Assembly: GCA_018396435.1 (NCBI GenBank)
Contig: JAGTRG010000001.1
Location: 9,659-73,658 of the forward strand
Direction: 5' to 3'
Origin: Candidatus Bathyarchaeota archaeon
Lineage (GTDB): Archaea; Thermoproteota; Bathyarchaeia; Bathyarchaeales; DTEX01
DNA: 64,000 nucleotides
Under the pieces are notes generated by a model. That model saw only the letters and a list, made by a program, of their open reading frames with translations. It was not told the DNA's origin and made no database searches. Below, piece by piece: positions 55,874 to 64,000 of this stretch (position 1 is its first letter; each line of letters begins with the position of its first letter). The position numbers were made by a program, and so were the translations under genes.

Positions 55874-56533
55874 TTAATCCTCCTTAATCTTGACTTTTAT
55901 CGGGGGTCCCATGGTCGCTTTAATATAAAGCGAGGAAACATTCTTTATTCCTCTCTTAAGTTTTCCCTCAATTCTCCTTAGAACCGCCTCAACATTATCA
56001 ATTATGTCGTCGTCGCTCATGTCTTCAGTTCCGACACGGCAGCTCAAAACCGGCTGCCCGCGGGCTCTAACACTTACCAGCTTCCTATGTCTCTCAATTT
56101 CACCCTCTATGTTTGCTGTTGGAGGTATGGGTGTTGGCATTTTACCCCGCGGTCCGAGGATTGCGCCAAACACTCTGCCAACTATTGGCATTAGGGGCGC
56201 TGTTGCGATAAATGAATCTGCTTTATTCGCTATCTGCCTCTGCTTTTTCTTATCGCCCATTAAACTCTCAATTTCCTCCCTTTCTAAAACCATGTCTGCT
56301 CCAGCTCTTCTCGCCCTGAGCGCAGCGTCTCCGGAGGCGAATACGCATACGCTTACTTTTTTACCTAATGGATGAGGCAGTTCAATAGTTTCCTGAATTC
56401 TGTTTTCAGGTTTTTTCAAATCTACATCTTGAAGGTTTATAATGAGCTCTATCGATTGATTAAAGTTCCTTTTAGGCGTTCTCTCCCTCAGCTCTTTAAG
56501 GGCCTCTTTCAAACGTTTTCTTTCTAAAGACAT
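55874..56533 (-). CDS. rpl1: 50S ribosomal protein L1 (uL1)
   Basis: RNFNQSIELIINLQDVD...ADSFIATAPLMPIVGR. Confidence 0.92.
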   Translation of the reverse strand: MSLERKRLKEALKELRERTPKRNFNQSIELIINLQDVDLKKPENRIQETIELPHPLGKKVSVCVFASGDAALRARRAGADMVLEREEIESLMGDKKKQRQIANKADSFIATAPLMPIVGRVFGAILGPRGKMPTPIPPTANIEGEIERHRKLVSVRARGQPVLSCRVGTEDMSDDDIIDNVEAVLRRIEGKLKRGIKNVSSLYIKATMGPPIKVKIKED

Positions 56534-56591
56534 TTCGATCTCAGCCTAGAGACTAGAGAAATATAAATCGTTAAAATAAAAATGTTATTGT

Positions 56592-57095
56592 TTACGCCGC
56601 CTTGTTGACGCTTTCAAATAGGCTATTATATTTTCCTTCATCTATTTCTTTAAGAACATCCTTCGGGTTCTTACCGTCAATTGTGACGCCCATGCTAACG
56701 CAGCTACCTATGATTTCTTTAACAGCGGACCTGAGGTTTTTTGCTAGGAGCTCTTTTCTCTTTATTTGCGCTATCTTTACGACCTGCTGCATAGAGAGGT
56801 TGCCAACCCTTTCAACATTAGGTTTACCTGAGCCCTTCTGTATCTCGGCCTCTTTAACAATCAGGGCTGAGGTTGTCGGTATTCCAACGGAAACCTCAAA
56901 GGTTTTAGTTTCCGGATCAACCGTCACCCTCACGGGAACCTTCATTCCAGCATATTCTTTTGTTAACTCATTTATTTTGTTCACTACTGCCATCACGTTT
57001 AAGCCTAATGGGCCTAAAGCTGGACCTATTGGTGGGCCAGCGGTCGCTTGCCCTCCACTGATCACCAGCTCAACAACTCTCTTTTCAGCCGACAT
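56592..57095 (-). CDS. rpl11: 50S ribosomal protein L11 (uL11)
   Basis: GGQATAGPPIGPALGPLGLNVMAVVNKINE. Confidence 0.93.
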   Translation of the reverse strand: MSAEKRVVELVISGGQATAGPPIGPALGPLGLNVMAVVNKINELTKEYAGMKVPVRVTVDPETKTFEVSVGIPTTSALIVKEAEIQKGSGKPNVERVGNLSMQQVVKIAQIKRKELLAKNLRSAVKEIIGSCVSMGVTIDGKNPKDVLKEIDEGKYNSLFESVNKAA

Positions 57096-57099
57096 AATA

Positions 57100-57579
57100 T
57101 TACTTCTCCTTCTTCCCTTTCTCTACTAGCTTAACGTAATCAGCATGGACCGTGACTGGCAATGTGAAAGTTGCCTCCAGTAACTCTATTGTTATCTCCT
57201 CCTTAGCCTTATCTATATCCGTTATCTTGGCTCTCATCCCTTTGAATGGCCCTCCAATAACCTCAACAATATCGTCTATATCTAGTTCCTCGATGGCTGG
57301 CTTCAATGAGATGTACTTTTCAACCTCGGAGAAGGGTAGAATGCCAGGTATCCTGGATTTAACATGTTTAATGCCTGTTACTGCCCGCTCAACAATATGC
57401 GGGTTATCAGCCTCAACAAATATGTAGCCCCTTAGGTTTTCAGGTATAAGTATAGCTTTTATCGGTATTGCATTTACCTCAACCCTTCCCATCACAATTT
57501 TAGCAACGTTTTTTTCCTGACCGACCGTTGTGCCAACTGTGTAGAATCTAGCTTCTTCCCCACTCAAGATTTCACGCAC
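57100..57579 (-). CDS. spt5: Transcription elongation factor Spt5 (NusG)
   Basis: NGN domain FYTVGTTVGQEKNVA...GYIFVEA and KOW VEVIGGPFKGMRAKI. Confidence 0.9.
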   Translation of the reverse strand: MREILSGEEARFYTVGTTVGQEKNVAKIVMGRVEVNAIPIKAILIPENLRGYIFVEADNPHIVERAVTGIKHVKSRIPGILPFSEVEKYISLKPAIEELDIDDIVEVIGGPFKGMRAKITDIDKAKEEITIELLEATFTLPVTVHADYVKLVEKGKKEK

Positions 57580-57760
57580 CGGGTAAGGGTATGCTGGCCC
57601 TGATGAAGCCTGCGAGCATGTATATTACGAAACCCAGTAGGCCAATTATGAGCACGCCTAGAAAACATATTTTTATAGATAGCCAAAGTTCATCTCTACT
57701 AGGCTTCTTCGCAAACTTAAGCAGCCTCATGCTCGCCTTAATGAATGAGACTAAACCCAA
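57572..57760 (-). CDS. secE: Protein translocase subunit SecE (Sec61 gamma)
   Basis: 62 aa with KKPSRDELW plus a single TM. It sits in the canonical position upstream of spt5. Confidence 0.85.
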   Translation of the reverse strand: MGLVSFIKASMRLLKFAKKPSRDELWLSIKICFLGVLIIGLLGFVIYMLAGFIRASIPLPGA

Positions 57761-57930
57761 CCTAATACACCATTCTAATTATTCAACAAAGATAAATGGA
57801 CGTATAAAAGCATAGCGCTCAACCTTCACTTACTAAACTTTTAACCGCGATAAGGTTAAGGGTTAAAGAGAAAACTTCGAAAAGCCACGAATGCGATGTT
57901 GCTGAATATACAGCGTGCGGATGCATCGCT

Positions 57931-59751
57931 TTACTCAAATATTCGAAGATGGCGATTTACAACTTCTCCAGCAAGGTATGCAATATCATTTTTGCTCATA
58001 AATCCTTCGCCGACGAGAAAATCATCATGCTTCTCAAGCAACTCGCGTATTGCCAACTCAATGTTCCGTCCCTCCTCCTTGTGATGCGTGATCTTCTCAT
58101 GGAATTCGCTATCCTTACATAGCGCGCAATATTGAATCCACAGCTTCATTCCCTTAACACGAGTGACCAGAATATCGTCGCATCCGGCTATAGGCATAAT
58201 ATCGCTGATTTTTCCCTCTAGAGTGTAAAGTTCATCAACAACCTTTCGCGTAGGCTTTTCAAACATTAGATGCTCAACTTTCTCCCTTAAATCCCGCATC
58301 AGATTTGCCGCTGTCCCATAGTAATGCTTAAAGAAGTCTGCCCGTGCAGCTTTTAGGTCTATATGCGGGTTCCATAGTAGCCTATGATAGAGCCATCGTG
58401 AGAGCGGGTCTGGAAACCACGCGTCGGCGGGCGGATTGCAGTCGAAGAATCCCTCAAAGCCCTGTTTATGATAAAACTGCATATCCATCTGCAATGTTTC
58501 ATGCTTAGGAATTAGAAACGTTCGACCTGTAGCTAAATTGCCGAGGAGCACTAGGTCGTAGTAATATTCAAACACTGTCTTTGTACCCTTATAGTTTTGA
58601 CTATTTAAATAACTGAGCCACCTCTGCAGATTATGGCGATATCTTAAATTAACCTGGTGATCGTTCACGAATGGCCCGTGCTGTCCTCCTCCCCTTGGGC
58701 GCGGTGCATAGAGGAAATCCATACTGCTTCCTTCATCAAGTAGGTTAACATATACGGGAGGTTCTTCACTACCGTGATATGCTATCCAGCCTAAAGTGCC
58801 TCGCCAATTGTGTTCATTTAACCTTTGTCGGATCTCATTCTGAATATGTAGATACCAGTCTGTGGCATGCTGATAGTCGCCTGTGGAGAATCTAGTGACG
58901 CATTTGCTACATTGGCATAACGCAATCTGCATTGTGTCTGCAGACCATATGTTTACATAATCTGCATCGTGACATTCGGTCATAATCCAGTTTACTGTAT
59001 TCTCAACAAACCAGTCGAAGGCTTGCGGATTTGAGAAGCAAAGCGATTGACCGCCCTCCCTAAAGTGCCAAGGCGGATTAAGACGTCTCACACCGTTTTC
59101 ATCAAGCGGCAACCAATCTTCACGCCCCTTATAATCCATCTTCTCCGGCTTACGTCCATCAGGGAAGAATCGCATGCCGATTAGAAGAGGCCAAAAATGC
59201 CCCCAAGTATATGTTTTCAACCCCAATTTTTTAACTCGCTGCCGGCCTTCGCATGTGGATATGTAGGGCGTGAAGTTGAATCCCCACTTAATCTGCTGCT
59301 CAGGTGTGCCGCTTGACGGTATGCGATTTATAAATGCAGGTTCACAAATAATGTTCAGCCTTTTCTGCAAGGTTAGCGTACCATATTTCGGCACAACTTC
59401 ACCTAGGGGTTCAGGTCCATAAAAGCGGCAGCCCAGCTGTTCTAATAGTGCATAGGCGCCATAGATGCATCCGCGCTCCTCAGAGGCCTCAATTATAACA
59501 TCATCGCCCCTCACATACACGACGTAACCGTCATGTTTCACTGAGCCCGTGCTTACATGAAAAACGATACATGATTCCTTTGAGTAAGTCTTCTTCTCAG
59601 CAATCGGCAGCTCAGCATTGCTCATCTGCCACACATAACGTTGCAGCTCGCTGGCCGCATAAGCTAAGGGGCCCTCATTTGGCGCTATTATGCTCGCCTC
59701 GGGCTCGCCATCTAAAACTAATACGATCTCATCTTTTACCAATTGAAACAC
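57931..59751 (-). CDS. Putative glycoside-hydrolase-like protein (DUF4838-like with a GH20b-like N-domain)
   Basis: N-terminal A-A-SELQRYV...DGYVVYVRGDDVIIEASEERGCIYGAYALLEQLGCRFYGP pattern. The family was recalled from memory only. Confidence 0.35.
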   Translation of the reverse strand: MFQLVKDEIVLVLDGEPEASIIAPNEGPLAYAASELQRYVWQMSNAELPIAEKKTYSKESCIVFHVSTGSVKHDGYVVYVRGDDVIIEASEERGCIYGAYALLEQLGCRFYGPEPLGEVVPKYGTLTLQKRLNIICEPAFINRIPSSGTPEQQIKWGFNFTPYISTCEGRQRVKKLGLKTYTWGHFWPLLIGMRFFPDGRKPEKMDYKGREDWLPLDENGVRRLNPPWHFREGGQSLCFSNPQAFDWFVENTVNWIMTECHDADYVNIWSADTMQIALCQCSKCVTRFSTGDYQHATDWYLHIQNEIRQRLNEHNWRGTLGWIAYHGSEEPPVYVNLLDEGSSMDFLYAPRPRGGGQHGPFVNDHQVNLRYRHNLQRWLSYLNSQNYKGTKTVFEYYYDLVLLGNLATGRTFLIPKHETLQMDMQFYHKQGFEGFFDCNPPADAWFPDPLSRWLYHRLLWNPHIDLKAARADFFKHYYGTAANLMRDLREKVEHLMFEKPTRKVVDELYTLEGKISDIMPIAGCDDILVTRVKGMKLWIQYCALCKDSEFHEKITHHKEEGRNIELAIRELLEKHDDFLVGEGFMSKNDIAYLAGEVVNRHLRIFE

Positions 59752-59887
59752 CTAAATAAGTTTTGAATAATCAGCCATTAAAAGCTTTTAAGCTTTTCAT
59801 TGGAAGGTGACTCAAAAGTTGTCACGCAATTTGTTTAAGCCTTAAATATTTTCTGAAAAATATTGTAGCTGGTGTTATCCTTTGAAG

Positions 59888-61207
59888 ATGGTTGTTATAG
59901 GAGCTGGTAGCGTAGCATTTACACCTGGATTGCTGGCTGAAATCGCCACCTCAGAGGTTTTCAGGGGTGCGGAGATAGGGCTTGTAGATATAGACGAGGA
60001 GAAGCTCGAGATTGTTAGGAAAGTGGCTTCGAGAGTTATAGGGGAAACTAGGGCGGAATTAAAAATTGAAACGAGCTTGGACAGGAGAGATCTGCTTAAA
60101 AACGCGGATTTTGTAATCATAACGATAGCCGTGGGCGGAGTTAAAGGCATTGAAACGGATGTAAAAATTGCTGAGAAATATGGTATATACCACACCATCG
60201 CGGATACTGTTGGTCCAGCCGGCTTCTCAAGGTCCCTTAGGCATATACCGCCAATGATAGAAATATGTAGGGATATTGAAACGCTATGCCCAAACGCCGT
60301 TGTTTTTAATGAGGCTAATCCACTAACCACGTTATGTAGGGCTGCTAGGAAAATGACTAGGGCTAATGTTATAGGTTTATGTACGGGAGTTAGGGGGCCA
60401 AGGCACTTTATACCGGGAGTAGTTGGGTGCAAACCGGAGGAGTTAGCGTTCATATCCGCAGGGGTTAATCATCTCACATGGATTTTAGAGGCACGCGCAA
60501 ATGGGAGGGATGTTTACTTAGTTTTTAAGCGCAGAATCAAAGAGTTGAGGGATGAAGCCCTAAAGCATAGTAAACCCTTCCACGCTTTTGTTTCCGTGGA
60601 GCTTATGGAGACCTTTGGGCTTTATCCTGTTCAAGGCGACCATCACGTCGCCGAATTCTTCCCATACTTTCTACGCCCTGAAACAGGTTATGGGGCAAAG
60701 TATGGGCTTAAACTCTTCCCAGGGGACACCATATACAGCGAGGAATGGAGACATAATGTATGGAAGATGGTTATGGATTGGGCTGAAGGCAGGAGGCCCA
60801 TCAAGGAGCTCATAGAGCAGCGTAAAGGTGTAACTGAGCACTCGTTCGCCTATGAACTTATGGAAATAATTATTAAAGGCGAGAGCAAATTCTTTGAGGG
60901 AGTTAACATGCCTAATGCCGGATGTATTGAGGGGCTCCCGAGAGAGGCTATTGTTGAGATTCCGGCGGTGATAGGTCCCCTCGGATTTAAGGGTTTACAC
61001 GTAGGGAGATTGCCAAGAAGCATTGAGGCAATACTGCTACATAGAATCATCCAGCAGGAGCTAACTGTTGAAGCCGCTCTAACTGGAGATAGGCAAATTG
61101 CCCTCCAAGCATTATCCCTAGACCCGATGGTTCCAACGATAAGTGTGGCTAAAAGCCTCCTAAACGACTACATTGAAGTAAATAAGCAGTTTTTACCACA
61201 GTTCTAG
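59888..61207 (+). CDS. Glycoside hydrolase family 4 (NAD/Mn-dependent glycosidase)
   Basis: Rossmann MVVIGAGSVAFTPGLL...LVDID...ANPLTT...VIGLC...NHLTWIL. Confidence 0.7.
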   Translation: MVVIGAGSVAFTPGLLAEIATSEVFRGAEIGLVDIDEEKLEIVRKVASRVIGETRAELKIETSLDRRDLLKNADFVIITIAVGGVKGIETDVKIAEKYGIYHTIADTVGPAGFSRSLRHIPPMIEICRDIETLCPNAVVFNEANPLTTLCRAARKMTRANVIGLCTGVRGPRHFIPGVVGCKPEELAFISAGVNHLTWILEARANGRDVYLVFKRRIKELRDEALKHSKPFHAFVSVELMETFGLYPVQGDHHVAEFFPYFLRPETGYGAKYGLKLFPGDTIYSEEWRHNVWKMVMDWAEGRRPIKELIEQRKGVTEHSFAYELMEIIIKGESKFFEGVNMPNAGCIEGLPREAIVEIPAVIGPLGFKGLHVGRLPRSIEAILLHRIIQQELTVEAALTGDRQIALQALSLDPMVPTISVAKSLLNDYIEVNKQFLPQF

Positions 61208-61243
61208 ATGCCGCTTGGCGCGCTCATCATTAGCAGAGAACAT

Positions 61244-61801
61244 CTATGCTTTATAGAATTTACATCCCCTATAGGGTCCTGATGGGTACCCCCGGCTCTC
61301 CCAATACCCTAACTTCTCATTCTCTGAAACCTCTACCCTATAAACCCATTTGGCCCACTTGTAACCGTATAATCCAGGAGCCACAAGTCTAACCGGATAT
61401 CCGTGCTCTAGGGGTAATGGTTCAGCGTTCATTTTTAAAGCAAGCATGACGCATGCGTTTTCCACATAGCTTAATCTATGATTCGTAGAATATCCGTCTA
61501 AAGAATGAAATAGTATTGAAGAAGATTTTTCCTTTACCCGCGCCAAGTCCAGAAGATTACTTACGGGTACACCTTCCCACTCGGCAACCCCCATTAATGG
61601 ACCCCCGGGGGAATTATCGTAGCACTCAAGTATTTCTGTAAGTTTAACCTGAGGCATAGCCGCTAAATCATCATATGTTAACACTAAAGTTTTCTCAACA
61701 TTCCCGTCGACAGTTAAACGCCAATCTTCAAGGTTTACCCTAGGGATTTTACCCTTCTGAATCTTGAAAAACTTCTCTATCGGCGTTAAAGACACGCTCA
61801 A
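61244..61801 (-). CDS. Molybdopterin-binding oxidoreductase domain protein (sulfite-oxidase/MsrP family)
   Basis: LTVDGNVEKTLVLTYDDL...ILECYDNS (Cys ligand context)...GYPVRLVAPGLYGYKWAKWV. Confidence 0.7.
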   Translation of the reverse strand: MSVSLTPIEKFFKIQKGKIPRVNLEDWRLTVDGNVEKTLVLTYDDLAAMPQVKLTEILECYDNSPGGPLMGVAEWEGVPVSNLLDLARVKEKSSSILFHSLDGYSTNHRLSYVENACVMLALKMNAEPLPLEHGYPVRLVAPGLYGYKWAKWVYRVEVSENEKLGYWESRGYPSGPYRGCKFYKA

Positions 61802-61887
61802 TGTTCAGACCAGCATGTGAACAGTTATTGATAAAAGTATTTCCTCTGCTATAACTTAAATATTTTTGCAATATACCTTCTTCATGT

Positions 61888-62775
61888 ATGTCTTCAGCTG
61901 ACACTGCTGTTAGGGTCTTTAGGCAACTTGAACCGGAGGACGTAAAGATACTGGCAACCATAGAAATTGATTTGAGCCGTCATAGGTTCGTCCCAGAGAA
62001 GGATATACTGAAGCTCAGCGGTTTATCTGAGAAGGAGACTAAGTATCGTCTTGAAAGACTTAACGCCTTAGGTTTAGTCTATCGCTGGACAGGCCCATAC
62101 ATGGGTTACGTGCTAAATATGGCTGGATATGATTGTCTGGCCATAAATGCTCTTGTGAAGGCCGGCATCCTGGAATCTTTTGGTAAATCGTTAGGTGTCG
62201 GTAAAGAATCAGATGTATACGACGCTTTAACCCAGAGCGGTGAAAGGGTTGCTGTCAAGTTTCACCGCTTAGGCAGAATAAGTTTCCGGCAGACAAGAAG
62301 GCTTAGAGGCTACCTGCTTAATAGAAGGCATGCATCATGGCTTTATCAGTCACGCTTAGCCGCTGAGAGGGAGATGGAAGCATTAAGACTTGTTTATCCA
62401 TGCGGGGTCTCCGTGCCTAAACCAGTGGGGCATAATAGGCATGTAGTGGTTATGGGAATGATCGACGGCGAATGCCTATTTCGAATAATGGAGCTGACCA
62501 ATCCAGAGGCAATATTGAATAAAATCCTGGAAAATGTTCGTAAAGCTTACATTGAGGCTGGGGTTATACATGGAGACCTAAGCGAATTTAATGTTGTTCT
62601 AACCCCCGACCAGAATGTTCTGATAATAGATTGGCCCCAATTTATTAGAATAGATCATCCTAATGCCAACATGCTCTTGAGGAGGGATCTCTGGAACATC
62701 TTAAAATACTTCAGAAGAAAGTTTGCGGTGACAAGGGATTTAAGCGAAACATTAAGTTATGTTAAAAAAGCGTAA
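61888..62775 (+). CDS. rio2: RIO-type serine/threonine kinase Rio2 (N-terminal wHTH)
   Basis: wHTH region, then GVGKESDVY...VAVKFHR...VIHGDLSEFNVVL. Confidence 0.85.
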   Translation: MSSADTAVRVFRQLEPEDVKILATIEIDLSRHRFVPEKDILKLSGLSEKETKYRLERLNALGLVYRWTGPYMGYVLNMAGYDCLAINALVKAGILESFGKSLGVGKESDVYDALTQSGERVAVKFHRLGRISFRQTRRLRGYLLNRRHASWLYQSRLAAEREMEALRLVYPCGVSVPKPVGHNRHVVVMGMIDGECLFRIMELTNPEAILNKILENVRKAYIEAGVIHGDLSEFNVVLTPDQNVLIIDWPQFIRIDHPNANMLLRRDLWNILKYFRRKFAVTRDLSETLSYVKKA

Positions 62776-62874
62776 GGAAATGAACCGCGCACTTATATTA
62801 ACAATAATCTTGACGATTAAATGGTGGTCTAAATAGGAGCATTAAAAAGACACTTCTACAATAAAACTAAGTGT

Positions 62875-64000
62875 ATGTCTAAGAAATCTGATATGAGAAA
62901 ATTAATAGTTGGCGTTGATCCGGGTTTAAACTGCGGTCTAGCGGTTTTAACATTTGACGGCGCGCCAGTGCTGATTGAAAGCCAAAGAGGCTGGTCCTTA
63001 GCAAAACTTATAGAGAGAATTGTGGACCTAGGTGAGCCGGCGATAATCTCCAGCGATGTTTCGCCAGCGCCGAGTTTTCTTGAGAGGCTTTCGAAGAAGC
63101 TTAACGCTGTACTCTTCGAGCCGGCTATTTCCATGAGCGTTGAAGAAAAACATCAGATGACTCGTGCGTATATGGAGCGCTATAATGTTAAAGTCAAAAA
63201 TATACATGAGATCGATGCCCTAGCTGCTGCCCTCAAAGCCTATCAGCATTACAAGAACAAGTTTGAGCAGATCGATGCTAAACTAAAAAATGTTGAGGGC
63301 GACCTCTCACCGGATAATGTGAAGGATTTGGTTGTTCGCGGATATAGCATAGCAAGGGCAGTAAAGTTTCTTCGAGGGTTAAGCGCATCTAAGACGTTGA
63401 CCACAGTAAGAAGCGGTTTTTCCCAAGAGGAGAAATTTAGAAATCTAGTTAAAGAGCTGGAAGAGAGGCTTATGCTTGAAAGAGAAAGAGTTAGGCTCCT
63501 AAAGGATATAAATAGGGAGCTGCACCTGAAAATTAAAGCGCTGAATGCGGAAATTGAAAAATTAAAAGAAACTTTGAAGAATGTTCGCAGTGAACAAACA
63601 GCTCAGATAAGGCGTGAAAGAGAATACCAGCGGCTTGTTGAAGAGATAACTTCCCTTAAAAGCAAAATTTCAGAGCAGGAATCCCAGATTGAAGCGTACA
63701 GACAGGCGCTTGCCCATTTTCAGCGTTTAAGCGATCTCGAGTTGAAAAATGGCTTAACCCTTCTGAAGCCAATAGAGTCCTTCACAAAGGATGGTCTGGA
63801 AAAATCATTTAAACTATACGATATTAAAGCCGGGGACAGCGTCTTCATTCTCGACTCAAGCGGAGGCGGACCTGCAACTGCGGAGTTACTTTTGAAGAGA
63901 GGTGTAAGAACCGTTATAGCGAGGGGAGCTATGTCATATCAGGCACTTGAGATATTTGAGAATTATCATGTACCGGTGATTCCAGCGGATAAAGTAAGCA
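62875..64000 (+). CDS. DUF460/COG2433-like protein: RNase H-fold (RuvC/YqgF-like) N-domain plus a long coiled coil, 3' end cut by the window edge
   Basis: The frame is open from ATG 62875 to the window end; it is not in the ORF track because no stop is present. LIVGVDPGLNCGLAVLTFDG...IISSDVSPAPSFLERLS, then ~130 aa of heptad-rich sequence. Confidence 0.6.
   Translation, partial: MSKKSDMRKLIVGVDPGLNCGLAVLTFDGAPVLIESQRGWSLAKLIERIVDLGEPAIISSDVSPAPSFLERLSKKLNAVLFEPAISMSVEEKHQMTRAYMERYNVKVKNIHEIDALAAALKAYQHYKNKFEQIDAKLKNVEGDLSPDNVKDLVVRGYSIARAVKFLRGLSASKTLTTVRSGFSQEEKFRNLVKELEERLMLERERVRLLKDINRELHLKIKALNAEIEKLKETLKNVRSEQTAQIRREREYQRLVEEITSLKSKISEQESQIEAYRQALAHFQRLSDLELKNGLTLLKPIESFTKDGLEKSFKLYDIKAGDSVFILDSSGGGPATAELLLKRGVRTVIARGAMSYQALEIFENYHVPVIPADKVS

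Noticed and set aside
56602-57129. 175-aa ORF on the + strand.
   Set aside because: It is antisense to rpl11. The composition is low-complexity with no recognisable motif.
59875-60453. 192-aa ORF on the - strand.
   Set aside because: It is antisense to the GH4 glycosidase N-terminal Rossmann region. The shadow ORF has a Ser/Ala/Ile-rich composition.
1-64000. Looked for CRISPR arrays, rRNA genes, integrases/transposases, and defence-system hallmarks other than vapBC.
   Set aside because: No regularly spaced short repeats were seen, and no rRNA-like sequence. No recombinase, transposase or Cas-like ORFs occur among the translated frames. The window is dominated by core informational and biosynthetic genes.

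Overview
Archaeal chromosomal segment. The gene content looks TACK/Thermoproteota-like: Topo VI, Orc1/Cdc6, RadA, FEN1, eukaryote-type r-proteins, Spt5/SecE and a tRNA with two BHB introns. No taxon can be assigned without a database search. About 85-90% of the window is tightly packed housekeeping DNA:
- L10e-ppsA.
- dph2-methyltransferase-csl4-rpoL.
- sua5.
- A co-directional cdc6-wHTH-Zn-radA cluster.
- top6B-top6A.
- rio1-KH.
- aIF1A and moeA.
- fen1-pheS-pheT.
- L24e-S28e-L7Ae.
- gltX.
- A compact isoprenoid operon, mvk-ipk-idi2-GGPP synthase.
- The S13-S4-S11-rpoD-L18e-L13-S9-rpoN-eno-S2 operon.
- The secE-spt5-L11-L1-P0 operon.
- rio2.

Accessory content is sparse:
- vapBC and an arrestin/Spo0M-like protein.
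- Scattered sugar genes: ThuA, two TIM-barrel isomerases, GH4 and a DUF4838-like protein.
- An orphan 1022-aa FtsX-like membrane protein.
- An O2-detoxification cluster (ferritin-like, rubredoxin, FprA) next to a tandem ParB/Srx-domain protein.

I found no CRISPR array, rRNA or intact mobile element, and nothing I can defend as a complete new multi-gene system. The observations most worth a second look are:
1. An unannotated GC-rich structured RNA of about 240 nt at 37.2-37.44 kb that I cannot assign to a known family.
2. A RadA paralog with both Walker motifs destroyed, 16 nt upstream of an atypical short family-B polymerase, at the left edge of the window.
3. top6B and idi2 both carry conserved N-terminal sequence upstream of any in-frame ATG/GTG/TTG. 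In top6B the nearest ATG connects through a perfect G_GGA_AAA -1 slippery heptamer. The cause could be recoding, a rare start codon or an assembly indel.
4. A 15-bp direct-repeat-bounded scar with decayed toxin-antitoxin genes, abutting the two-intron tRNA.
5. A P0 stalk protein with no acidic tail and no adjacent P1/L12 gene.

All product calls rest on motif recognition by eye. No searches were run.
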